The notes: generated from the letters alone by a model not told the origin. Counted from the first letter of the stretch, positions 1 through 8,785 are shown. The stretch: 56,821 nucleotides of DNA from Candidatus Levyibacteriota bacterium (GCA_009695045.1 SIBS01000002.1:92774-149594); one strand, 5' to 3'. A program made the numbers and translations.

Positions 1-2
1 AT

Positions 3-272
3 CCTGAATATATCATGATTGGTACCAATCTTAATATCCCAAATTTACCAGTAAAAATGATTTTAGCAACAAATACTAATCTTATTATATCTAATGATAA
101 TATGATTACTATTGAAGGTAAAATTTATACAGTTTTCAAAGGGGATAATTTATGGGATATTTCTGTTCGTGCATATGGAGACGGATTCAGGTGGCGTGAA
201 ATTGCAGATGAAAATAATATTATTGATCCGTGGATAATACATGCAGGAAATATATTAAAAATTACTCGTTAA
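3..272 (+). CDS. LysM peptidoglycan-binding domain protein, C-terminal fragment (5' end lies outside the window)
   Basis: The frame is open to the window edge (PEYIMIGTNLNIP...). YTVFKGDNLWDISVRAYGDGFRWREIADENNIIDPWIIHAGNILKI is a typical LysM repeat, and the first residues look like the tail of a preceding LysM. Confidence 0.75.
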   Translation, partial: PEYIMIGTNLNIPNLPVKMILATNTNLIISNDNMITIEGKIYTVFKGDNLWDISVRAYGDGFRWREIADENNIIDPWIIHAGNILKITR

Positions 273-318
273 ATTTACAAGCTTATAATATTTTTATATA
301 ATTCATATATATTAAACT

Positions 319-392
319 GCGGGGTTAGTACACTGGTAGTATGCTACCTTCCCAAGGTGGAGAAGCGAGTTCGATTCTCGTACCCCGCTCCA
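319..392 (+). tRNA. tRNA-Gly (anticodon CCC), CCA encoded
   Basis: Hand-folded cloverleaf: acceptor GCGGGGT/ACCCCGC, anticodon stem CTACC/GGTGG, loop TTCCCAA, T-arm GCGAG-TTCGATT-CTCGT, discriminator T followed by CCA. Confidence 0.9.
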
Positions 393-578
393 AAAATTAG
401 GACTTTGTAGATATACTCCATATTATTAATTACAGCAATAAAACTTATATATAGAATTTAATAAATGTTTTTAACATAAATATCTATTAATAATTCTACT
501 ATTATTTTATTTATTATAATTGAATAAACTTCAAGGCTAATTATATATATTGAAATATACAAATTTAAAATATCATAG

Positions 579-607
579 TTGACGATAGGTTTATTTTCTG
601 ATATTAT
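579..607 (+). promoter_or_regulatory. sigma70-like promoter of pyrG: TTGACG-17 nt-TATTAT, 5 nt before the GTG start
   Basis: TTGACG at 579-584, a 17-nt spacer, TATTAT at 602-607, GTG at 613. Confidence 0.45.
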
Positions 608-612
608 AAATC

Positions 613-2289
613 GTGCATCCTGTAAAAAATAAATTTAAACAAAAATATATTTTTGTATCTGGTGGAGTAATATCTGGAATAGGAAAAGGGATTACAACAG
701 CCTCAATTGCGCTTCTTCTTAAATCATCAGGATATAGTGTTTCTCCGATAAAATTTGAGAACTATCTTAATATTGATGCAGGAACAATAAATCCAATAGA
801 GCATGGGGATCCATTTCTGTGCGAGGATGGCACCGAATCTGATATGGATATTGGAACTTACGAGAAATTTCTCAATGAAGATATGGAACGAGTTAATTTT
901 GTAACAATGGGACAAATTTATAAAACAGTCATAGATCGTGAGAGAAGATTTGAATATAACGGTGAAGACGTTGAGGCAATTCCTCATATAACAAATGAGA
1001 TTATAAGTCGCATTATGGCTGCTGGTAAAAAACAAAAAGCAGATATTGTAATAATTGAATTAGGCGGAACGGCAGGGGAGTATCAAAACTTATTTTACTA
1101 TGAAGCATCTAGAATAATGACTCTTAAAAACCCAGGCGATGTAATTCATGTTCACGTAAGTTATGTTCCAACACCTGGACATTTAGGAGAACCAAAAACA
1201 AAACCAACTCAACTTTCTGTTAGAACACTTAATTCAATGGGGATTCAGCCGGACTTTGTGATTGCTAGATCTCAAAAACCATTGGATCAAAGAAGAAAGG
1301 ATAGGCTTGCTCTATTTTGTAATTTAAATACAGAAGATGTTATAGATAATCCAGACTTACAATCTGTTTATGAAGTTCCATTAATTCTCCAAAAACAAAA
1401 TTTAGATAAGAAAATAATGAAAAAACTTGGCCTTGAAGAAAGAGAAATAAAATTTAGTAACTGGATTGAATTAATAGAAAAAATAAAATCTAAAAAAATA
1501 TTTAAGGCTGAGGTTGTTATTGTTGGTAAATATTTTGGCACTGGTGATTATCAATTACGCGATTCATATGCTGCTCTCTTTGATGCAATCGATCATGCAG
1601 CATGGGAGCTAAATATTGAAGTGAAGATGCGTTGGATAGATTCACAGAAACTAGAAAAAGAAGGAGCCGAAAAACTTATAGGTAAGCCTGATGGCATAAT
1701 TGTGCCAATTGGATGGGGTATACGTGGCGCAGAGGGAATGATTCAGGCCGCATCATATGCTCGAGAAAAAAAAATTCCATATCTTGGATTATGTTATGGA
1801 ATGCAATTATCAGCCGTAGCTTTCGCTCGAGATGTATTAAAATGGAGCGATGCAAATACTACAGAAAATGATAGTAATACAACACATCCTGTTATCCATA
1901 TCATTCCTCAACAGATAGAATTTATGGAAAAAAGAGCATATGGTGGCACAATGAGGCTTGGAGCATGGGATGCGGTAGTGCGAGAAAATAGTATGGCATT
2001 TTCAATTTATAGCAAATATAAAGGGATGATTAATGTTGAAAAAAAAATAATTAGTGAAAGACACAGGCATAGATATGAATTTAATAATAAATATACAAAA
2101 AACTTTGAAGATAAAGGATTCATAATTAGCGCTCGTTCTGAAGAAGAAAATCTAGCAGAAATTATTGAACTATCTCTTAATGATCATCCATTCTATATGG
2201 GTACTCAAGGACATCCTGAATATAAAAGTAGACCATTGAATCCGCATCCTATTTTTATGGCTTTTTTAGATGCTTGTAAAAAGGGGTAA
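613..2289 (+). CDS. pyrG: CTP synthase
   Basis: N-terminal KYIFVSGGVISGIGKGITTASIALLLK synthetase motif and a C-terminal glutamine amidotransferase domain (GLCYGMQ, HRHRYEFN). GTG is the only canonical start before the conserved N-terminus. Confidence 0.95.
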   Translation: MHPVKNKFKQKYIFVSGGVISGIGKGITTASIALLLKSSGYSVSPIKFENYLNIDAGTINPIEHGDPFLCEDGTESDMDIGTYEKFLNEDMERVNFVTMGQIYKTVIDRERRFEYNGEDVEAIPHITNEIISRIMAAGKKQKADIVIIELGGTAGEYQNLFYYEASRIMTLKNPGDVIHVHVSYVPTPGHLGEPKTKPTQLSVRTLNSMGIQPDFVIARSQKPLDQRRKDRLALFCNLNTEDVIDNPDLQSVYEVPLILQKQNLDKKIMKKLGLEEREIKFSNWIELIEKIKSKKIFKAEVVIVGKYFGTGDYQLRDSYAALFDAIDHAAWELNIEVKMRWIDSQKLEKEGAEKLIGKPDGIIVPIGWGIRGAEGMIQAASYAREKKIPYLGLCYGMQLSAVAFARDVLKWSDANTTENDSNTTHPVIHIIPQQIEFMEKRAYGGTMRLGAWDAVVRENSMAFSIYSKYKGMINVEKKIISERHRHRYEFNNKYTKNFEDKGFIISARSEEENLAEIIELSLNDHPFYMGTQGHPEYKSRPLNPHPIFMAFLDACKKG

Positions 2290-2310
2290 AAATAAAGTAT
2301 AATTACTATT

Positions 2311-2595
2311 ATGTTACAAGCAATTACATTTGTACCGGGTGATACAATAAGAGTGCATCAGAAAATAAAAGAAGGCGAAAAAAGCCGAGTTCAAGTATTT
2401 GAAGGTGTTGTTCTTGGAATAAGAGGTCGAGGGGAAAACAAAAGTTTTACTGTTAGAAAAGTTGTTGGTGAAATAGCAGTTGAAAGAATATGGCCAGTTC
2501 TTTCTCCAAATATTCAAAAAGTAGAAATAAAAGCACATGCAAAAAAAAGAGTTCGACAGGCAAAACTATATCACCTTAGAAATAAAAATAAATAA
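2311..2595 (+). CDS. rplS: 50S ribosomal protein L19
   Basis: FVPGDTIRVHQKIKEGEKSRVQVFEGVVLGIRGRGENKSFTVRKV...ERIWPVLSPNIQKVEI...RQAKLYHLR matches the L19 signature along its full length. TATAAT at 2298-2303 lies 7 nt before the ATG. Confidence 0.93.
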   Translation: MLQAITFVPGDTIRVHQKIKEGEKSRVQVFEGVVLGIRGRGENKSFTVRKVVGEIAVERIWPVLSPNIQKVEIKAHAKKRVRQAKLYHLRNKNK

Positions 2596-2623
2596 TCCAC
2601 GATTAAAATTTATCCTCATAATA

Positions 2624-2652
2624 TTGACTATGAATTAATTATTGCACATAAT
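2624..2652 (+). promoter_or_regulatory. sigma70-like promoter TTGACT-17 nt-CATAAT, 7 nt before the ATG at 2660
   Basis: TTGACT at 2624-2629, a 17-nt spacer, CATAAT at 2647-2652, then aaattta and ATG. Confidence 0.5.
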
Positions 2653-2659
2653 AAATTTA

Positions 2660-3013
2660 ATGAATAATCAACTTGGAAAAATTGGAGAAGATTTAGCTAC
2701 AAATTATTTGAAAAAGAAAAAATATAAAATAATTGAAAAAAACTTTAGAATACAAAATGGAGAGATTGATATTATTGCTATAGATAAAAAAACTTTAGTA
2801 TTTATTGAAGTTAAAACTCGTAGCTCGACAATATTTGGAACACCATTTGAAGCAATTACCCCACGGAAGATTAATTTTATTACTCGAACTGCTGAGTATT
2901 ATAAGAGCACTCATAATGATTTACCTGAGTTATTACGCATAGATGCAATTGCAATAATTATTAATCCTCAAGAAAATACTAATATCATAGAACATATCGA
3001 AAATATAAATTAA
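2660..3013 (+). CDS. yraN: YraN family endonuclease (UPF0102)
   Basis: GKIGEDLATNYLKKKKYKIIEKNFR..GEIDIIA....LVFIEVKTR...FGTPFEAITPRK is the YraN pattern. I prefer the ATG at 2660 (MNNQLGKIGEDLA) to the in-frame TTG at 2642 because the promoter -10 lies between the two. Confidence 0.85.
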   Translation: MNNQLGKIGEDLATNYLKKKKYKIIEKNFRIQNGEIDIIAIDKKTLVFIEVKTRSSTIFGTPFEAITPRKINFITRTAEYYKSTHNDLPELLRIDAIAIIINPQENTNIIEHIENIN

Positions 3014-3024
3014 AACATATTATT

Positions 3025-5016
3025 TTAAACTTCTAGTTTCTTTATTCTATTGCGAATAATCATAGCTGTTTCAAAATCAAGATCAATTGCTGATTTTTTC
3101 ATCTCTTTTCTTAATCTTTTAATAAGTGCTTCTCGTTCATCTGGCAATAAAACATCTTTTTCTTCAAGTTCTTGATAAAATTCAGAGTCTTTTAATTCTT
3201 TTTCTTCTATTTCAATAAGTTTAGAGCGAATACTTTTTACAATTCCTTTAGGTGAAATATTATTTTTTTTATTATATTTAATCTGAATATCTCTTCTTCT
3301 TTCTACTTCAGATATTGCTTCATTCATTGATTTAGTTTTTTTATCAGCATACATAATCACTTTTGCATTAATATTTCTCGCTGCCCTTCCCATAATTTGA
3401 ATTAAAGATGTCTTACTTCTCAGGAAACCCTCTTTATCCGCATCTAAAATTGCTACAAGTGAAACTTCTGGTAAATCCAATCCTTCTCTAAGTAGGTTAA
3501 TTCCAATTAAAACATCATATTCACCAAATCGTAAGCTATCTAATATATCTTGACGATATAATGTTTTTATATCTGAATGTAGATATGCTACTTTTATCCC
3601 TTGATCCTGTAAATATGATGTTAAATCCTCTGACATTCTTTTTGTAAGAGTTATTATTAATACTCGTTCATTTTTTATAATACATTTTTGGATCTCTATA
3701 ACTAGATCATTTATTTGTCCTTTAGTTGGTCGAATATATATATTGGGATCCACAAGTCCAGTTGGGCGAATAAGTTGCTCTACTATCCCGTCTCTCGCCT
3801 CAGAGCTTAGTGATAATTCATAATCACTTGGTGTTGCGCTAACAAAGGTAACTTGTTGTACTCTACGCATAAATTCATCGAAACGAAGTGGTCTATTGTC
3901 AAGAGCTGAGGGAAGACGAAATCCATATTCAATTAATGTTTCCTTTCTTGATCTGTCTCCATTGTACATGCCCCTAATTTGCGGGATAGTAATGTGTGAT
4001 TCATCGATAAAAAGAAGCCAATCTTTATCAGAAGCATCCATATAATTAAGTAATGAGTAAGGTGGTTCACCTGGTTTCCTTCCATCAAAATAAGGTGAGT
4101 AATTTTCAATACCATTTACAAATCCTACTTCTCGAATCATTTCTAAATCAAAGTTTGTTCGTTGTTCAATTCTCTGTGCTTCTACAATTTTCCCTATACT
4201 TTTAAAATAATTAACTCTATCTTGTAAATCTTTTCGAATTTGTGGAAAAACATTATCATAAGTAGATGGATCTGTCATATAATGTTTTGCTGGATAAATA
4301 ACTATTTCATCAAGTAATTTAATGGTATCTCCGGTAAGCGGATCAAATTCATAAATATCAGAAACTTTTCCATAAATAATATCGATTCTAATACCAGCAT
4401 TTGTATATGCGGGAAATATATCAACTGATTCTCCACGAACTCTAAATGTTCCCCTATTAAATCCATATTCGTTTCTAGAGTATTGAAGAGATGTAAGACG
4501 ATCAAGAATACTACGTTGTTCTATTTTAACGTCTTTTTTAAGTTTAAGTACAAACTTTTCATATTCAATAGGTGATCCTAGGTTATAAATACAAGAAACA
4601 GATGCAACAATTATAACGTCATTTCGAGTAAGTAGATTTGCAGTTGCAGAAAGACGTAATCTATCAATTTCATCATTTATCTCAGCCTCTTTTTCAATAT
4701 ATGTATCGCTTTGCGGGATATACGCCTCTGGTTGATAATAATCATAGTAAGACACAAAGTAACAAACAACATTATTGGGAAAAAAATCTCTAAATTCTTG
4801 ATAAAGCTGTGCTGCTAATGTTTTATTGTGAGAAATAATAAGAGTTGGTTTGTTAATTTTCGCAATTGTATTTGCCATTGAAAATGTTTTACCACTACCA
4901 GTGACGCCAACCAAAGTTTGATATTTTTCTTTATTTTTAATATTTTTTATCAATTTTCTTATAGCCTGTGGTTGATCGCCAGCTGGGGTAAAATTAGATG
5001 AAAGTTGAAAATCCAT
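3025..5016 (-). CDS. uvrB: Excinuclease ABC subunit B
   Basis: 663 aa with GDQPQAI, a GVTGSGKT Walker A, a DESH box, helicase C motifs and a C-terminal UVR domain. Confidence 0.96.
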   Translation of the reverse strand: MDFQLSSNFTPAGDQPQAIRKLIKNIKNKEKYQTLVGVTGSGKTFSMANTIAKINKPTLIISHNKTLAAQLYQEFRDFFPNNVVCYFVSYYDYYQPEAYIPQSDTYIEKEAEINDEIDRLRLSATANLLTRNDVIIVASVSCIYNLGSPIEYEKFVLKLKKDVKIEQRSILDRLTSLQYSRNEYGFNRGTFRVRGESVDIFPAYTNAGIRIDIIYGKVSDIYEFDPLTGDTIKLLDEIVIYPAKHYMTDPSTYDNVFPQIRKDLQDRVNYFKSIGKIVEAQRIEQRTNFDLEMIREVGFVNGIENYSPYFDGRKPGEPPYSLLNYMDASDKDWLLFIDESHITIPQIRGMYNGDRSRKETLIEYGFRLPSALDNRPLRFDEFMRRVQQVTFVSATPSDYELSLSSEARDGIVEQLIRPTGLVDPNIYIRPTKGQINDLVIEIQKCIIKNERVLIITLTKRMSEDLTSYLQDQGIKVAYLHSDIKTLYRQDILDSLRFGEYDVLIGINLLREGLDLPEVSLVAILDADKEGFLRSKTSLIQIMGRAARNINAKVIMYADKKTKSMNEAISEVERRRDIQIKYNKKNNISPKGIVKSIRSKLIEIEEKELKDSEFYQELEEKDVLLPDEREALIKRLRKEMKKSAIDLDFETAMIIRNRIKKLEV

Positions 5017-5022
5017 TTTAAT

Positions 5023-5031
5023 ATTGTAACA
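5023..5031 (-). promoter_or_regulatory. extended -10 TGTTACAAT, 6 nt before the uvrB ATG
   Basis: The minus strand reads tatgTTACAATattaaaATG. Confidence 0.4.
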
Positions 5032-5082
5032 TAAAAAGAGGCACGAAATTAAATATTGAGTAATTTATAGTAATTTTGCCTA

Positions 5083-5112
5083 TTGACAAAGTTCGTGAAT
5101 ATTTCGTATAAA
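5083..5112 (+). promoter_or_regulatory. lexA promoter TTGACA-18 nt-TATAAA with an embedded TTCG-N7-TTCGTA direct repeat (candidate LexA operator)
   Basis: TTGACA at 5083-5088, TTCG at 5092-5095, TTCG at 5103-5106, TATAAA at 5107-5112. Confidence 0.4.
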
Positions 5113-5165
5113 ATATTAGTATATATAATATATAAACTATAAATATATTATTAATATTAAAAAAT

Positions 5166-5792
5166 ATGTCTGGAGTATTATATAGAAAAGAAAGAGAGGT
5201 TTTAGAATATCTAGCACAATTTCAAAGGCAGTTTGGATATTCTCCAACTCTCTCAGAAATAGCTAAAGCTACTGGACATAGAAGTATATCTACAATACAT
5301 GCAATAATACGTTCCTTGGTAGAAAAAGAGTTTGTACAAAAAGTGGATGGAAATACTCGAGTATTAAAAATATTACAAGATAACGTTACTAATACAATGC
5401 TTGGTACGCAAACGTCCCTAGAGCTCCCCTTAATGGGATTCATTGCGGCAGGTAAGCCACTTGAACCACATACTGATCCAAATGCAACTTTTCAAATTTC
5501 TGCATCTCTCATAACTGGACAAAAAACAGCTTATGTTTTACAAGTTAAAGGCAATTCCATGATTGATGATGGTATTTTTGATGGAGATTTCGTTGTCATA
5601 GAAAAAACAAATTTAGCTAATAATGGAGATATTGTTGTGGCTCTTGTTGATGATAATCTTGCAACCCTAAAAAGGTTTTATAAAGAAGCAGATAGGGTCG
5701 TGTTAAAGCCAGCTAATTCTGAAATGCAACCAATTTATCCCAATAAACTTCTTATTCAGGGAAAAGTTTCCGCTTTAGTACGTAAATTTTAA
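5166..5792 (+). CDS. lexA: LexA repressor (SOS regulator), predicted to be autocleavable
   Basis: N-terminal winged-HTH (SPTLSEIAKATGHRSISTIHAIIRSLVEKEF), an Ala-Gly cleavage site in FIAAGKP, and S24 peptidase motifs GNSM and ATLKRF (Ser/Lys dyad). Confidence 0.93.
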   Translation: MSGVLYRKEREVLEYLAQFQRQFGYSPTLSEIAKATGHRSISTIHAIIRSLVEKEFVQKVDGNTRVLKILQDNVTNTMLGTQTSLELPLMGFIAAGKPLEPHTDPNATFQISASLITGQKTAYVLQVKGNSMIDDGIFDGDFVVIEKTNLANNGDIVVALVDDNLATLKRFYKEADRVVLKPANSEMQPIYPNKLLIQGKVSALVRKF

Positions 5793-5860
5793 TAAATAAA
5801 ATATATTTATATGTCTTATCTTATGGATATTCATATTGAAAATAATATATAATTAGCTAT

Positions 5861-6487
5861 ATGCATTTTGATTTAATTTCATTAATAAAAACCTTTAGCT
5901 ATTTAGGTGTTTTTACATTAGTTTTTTTAGAATCAGGATTATTAATTGGATTTTTATTTCCAGGAGATTCACTTTTATTTACCGCAGGCTTTTTAGCATC
6001 TCAAGGATTTCTTGATATATATATATTAATTACTGGTTGCTTTATTTTTGCAGTATTAGGAGATACAATCGGATATTTTATTGGTAAAAAAATGGGTCCT
6101 AAAATATTTAAAAAAAATAATTCTATTATTTTCAATATAAATCATCTTAAAAAAGCTCAAAAATTTTATGATAAGCACGGGGGAAAGACAATAATATTAG
6201 CTAGATTTATGCCCATTGTAAGAGCTTTTGCCCCAATAGTTGCTGGAGCTGGTGAGATGGATTATAAAAAATTTATGATTTTTAATTTAGCTGGTGGAGT
6301 TTTCTGGGCAATAGGAATAACTGGAGCCGGATACTATTTAGGAAGTATGATTCCAAATATTGATAAGTATTTATTCCCAATCATTGGAATTATTATTCTA
6401 GCTTCAATATCACCAGCATTACATGCTATCTTAATAAATGCAGAAATTAGAGCAAGTATAATTAATAAATTTAAAAAGGGTATATAA
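5861..6487 (+). CDS. DedA family membrane protein
   Basis: ESGLLIGFLFPGDSLLFTAG...FIGKKMGP...KHGGKTIILARFMPIVRAFAPIVAG is the SNARE-associated/DedA signature. TATAAT at 5848-5853 lies 7 nt before the ATG. Confidence 0.88.
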   Translation: MHFDLISLIKTFSYLGVFTLVFLESGLLIGFLFPGDSLLFTAGFLASQGFLDIYILITGCFIFAVLGDTIGYFIGKKMGPKIFKKNNSIIFNINHLKKAQKFYDKHGGKTIILARFMPIVRAFAPIVAGAGEMDYKKFMIFNLAGGVFWAIGITGAGYYLGSMIPNIDKYLFPIIGIIILASISPALHAILINAEIRASIINKFKKGI

Positions 6488-6496
6488 TATAATTAT

Positions 6497-7204
6497 ATGT
6501 TATATATTCTTCCAACTCCAATTGGTAATTTAAAAGATATAACCTTAAGAACAATAGAAATTTTAGAAAGTATAGATGCAGTAATATGCGAAGATTCTAG
6601 AAGAACAGGATTATTGCTTAGTCATTATAAAATAAAAAAGGATCTTATCATTTTTAATGATTATAATGAATTCAGGATTGTTCCTCAAATTATTCAAAGA
6701 TTAAAATTAAATCAAAATTTAGCATTAGTTTCTGATGCTGGATCCCCGTTAATATCTGATCCAGGATATAAGCTTATAAGAGAATGTATTTCTCAGGATA
6801 TTTCTCTAGCTTCATTGCCTGGGCCATCTTCTGTTATAACTGCATTGACAATCTCAGGCCTACCACCTGATAAATTTATGTTTATTGGGTATCTACCTAG
6901 AAAATCTGGTCACAGAGACATATTTCTGAAAAGTTTGAATAAACTTATTACTATAGATGAAAAAATACATCCAACAATAATTTTATTTGAGGCACCTCAT
7001 AAAATAAAAACCACATTACAGGAAATTAAAAATATATTTGGAGATATTAATATTGTAATATGTAGGGAGCTTACGAAAGTTTATGAAGAAACTCGTAGAG
7101 AGAAAATATCCCAATCAATTAATCACTATATAAAAAATACACCAAAGGGAGAATTTATTATTTTATTTAATATTTATACACAAAATATAAATATTATTAT
7201 TTAA
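6497..7204 (+). CDS. rsmI: 16S rRNA (cytidine1402-2'-O)-methyltransferase
   Basis: LYILPTPIGNLKDITLRTIEILESIDAVICEDSRRTG...SDAGSPLISDPGYKL is the RsmI tetrapyrrole-methylase-like fold signature. Confidence 0.9.
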   Translation: MLYILPTPIGNLKDITLRTIEILESIDAVICEDSRRTGLLLSHYKIKKDLIIFNDYNEFRIVPQIIQRLKLNQNLALVSDAGSPLISDPGYKLIRECISQDISLASLPGPSSVITALTISGLPPDKFMFIGYLPRKSGHRDIFLKSLNKLITIDEKIHPTIILFEAPHKIKTTLQEIKNIFGDINIVICRELTKVYEETRREKISQSINHYIKNTPKGEFIILFNIYTQNINIII

Positions 7205-7215
7205 AATTTTTCTTA

Positions 7216-8001
7216 CTAATCAACTAGCTTAAGCAGTTTACCATTTTCAATAACATAATTAAACATTTTATATAAAATGTTTATCGCAATAATAAACCAT
7301 ATAATATTTAGTATCCCAGCCATTATAAAATTATGCATGGGAAATTTATTTTGTAAAATTACCATTCTCATTCCTTCAAATACTTGTGTTGCAGGAATAG
7401 CAAGTGCTATTGGTTGAATAAATTTTGGCAATGCGCTGACTGGATAAAATACAGCTATTAATGGTTGTAGAAAAGTGGTAAATGCAAATGCAATAACCTG
7501 AGCACTTTGTCCAAATCTAAGCAATATTGCTGTTGCTAAAAGTCCTAAAATCCATCCAAAAATAAAGAAATTGATTACAAATGGAACAAGATAAAATCCA
7601 AATGAAAATAGATTAAAATTAAATAAAATAAAACTTGATACTCCTAATGAAATGCCGATAAGTGTAATTCTTACAATTCCTACTAGAAATGTTGCAAATA
7701 AAAATTCATATAATCTTATAGGCGTAACAAAGATATTAAACAAATTTCTTTCCCAAATCTCTTCCATAAATGATATCGTTACGGCTTGTTGTGCTCGAAG
7801 AATAAAATCCCAAAAAATAACAGCTCCTAAAAGTAAGCTTAAAGGAAAATCAGGACGACTTTGTTGAAGAAAAACAGTGATAAGTCCCCAAATAAGAACA
7901 TCTACTAATGGCCAAATAAAAATATCTAAAATTCTCGGAATGGAGCGAGGATAGATATAAAGATATCTAAAAAGTAAGGCTTGAATTCTATGTAATTTCA
8001 T
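7216..8001 (-). CDS. ABC-2 type transporter permease
   Basis: 261 aa with about 6 predicted TM helices. It overlaps the stop of the upstream ABC ATPase by 1 nt. Confidence 0.75.
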   Translation of the reverse strand: MKLHRIQALLFRYLYIYPRSIPRILDIFIWPLVDVLIWGLITVFLQQSRPDFPLSLLLGAVIFWDFILRAQQAVTISFMEEIWERNLFNIFVTPIRLYEFLFATFLVGIVRITLIGISLGVSSFILFNFNLFSFGFYLVPFVINFFIFGWILGLLATAILLRFGQSAQVIAFAFTTFLQPLIAVFYPVSALPKFIQPIALAIPATQVFEGMRMVILQNKFPMHNFIMAGILNIIWFIIAINILYKMFNYVIENGKLLKLVD

Positions 8002-8726
8002 TATATATCTCTCGCAATCTTAATAAATACCTCATTTAGATCTTGTAGACCATATTTTTTTATTAGCTTATTTGGTGTTCCCTGAGTGATAATTTTTCCT
8101 TCATTTATGAAAATAGCTCTATTACATAATTCCTCAACTTCCATCATGTTATGAGTGGTATATAAAATAGCAATACCTTGTTCTATTTGAATTTGCTTGA
8201 GAAATTTCCGAGTTCTATCAGCAATATCTGGATCAAGGCTAGCTGTTGGCTCGTCAAGAAACAATAGTTTTGGCTTATTAAGCAATGCTTTTGCAAGATT
8301 TACTCGCGTTGCTTGTCCACTAGAAAGAGAACCATACATTTTATTAAAAAGTGATCCTATTTCGAAAAATTCTACTAATTCCGATACTCTTTCTTTGTAT
8401 TTTTTTACCCCATAAAGCCTAGCAAATGTATAAAGATTTTCCCATACTTTTAAATTTCCAGGCAAAGATACATATGCTGAAGAAAAATTTACCTCAGAAA
8501 GCACTTCATTTCTATATTTAGCCATATCTTTTCCAAATATAAATACTGAACCAGATGTTGGTTTTATTAATCCCAAAAGCATCTGAATAGTAGTTGTTTT
8601 ACCTGCGCCATTTGGTCCAATAAATCCCAGTATCTCACCTTCACTAAGAGAAAAAGAAATATTATCAACTGCCGTAAATGTTCCAAAAGTTTTCGTAAGA
8701 TTTTTTACTTCAAGAAGCGATAACAT
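8001..8726 (-). CDS. ABC transporter ATP-binding protein
   Basis: Walker A GPNGAGKTT, signature LSSGQ, Walker B LLFLDEPT, H-loop. TATAAT at 8733-8738 lies 6 nt before the ATG. Confidence 0.92.
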   Translation of the reverse strand: MLSLLEVKNLTKTFGTFTAVDNISFSLSEGEILGFIGPNGAGKTTTIQMLLGLIKPTSGSVFIFGKDMAKYRNEVLSEVNFSSAYVSLPGNLKVWENLYTFARLYGVKKYKERVSELVEFFEIGSLFNKMYGSLSSGQATRVNLAKALLNKPKLLFLDEPTASLDPDIADRTRKFLKQIQIEQGIAILYTTHNMMEVEELCNRAIFINEGKIITQGTPNKLIKKYGLQDLNEVFIKIARDI

Positions 8727-8785
8727 TTTACTATTATAACAAAATATTTAAATGATTGTTACAATAAGAAGCAATATAAAAAATA

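Noticed and set aside
727-1035. Antisense or out-of-frame ORFs nested inside well-supported genes. Examples: 727-1035, 2314-2538, 3933-4115, 4302-4505, 5222-5443, 7652-7867, 8197-8415, 10422-10631, 13053-13379, 13435-13662, 14715-14927, 16751-17113, 18997-19212, 20672-20869, 21674-22003, 22753-23127, 24286-24519, 25498-25806, 28469-28818, 29624-29917, 30782-31072, 32658-33155, 35196-35411, 38327-38807, 39340-39558, 42482-42667, 43813-45207, 46421-47014, 51244-51444, 52662-52940.
   Set aside because: Each lies wholly within a longer ORF on the other strand or frame that has clear family motifs. Their translations are low-complexity (Ile/Phe/Ser/Leu-rich), as expected from shadow frames in AT-rich DNA.
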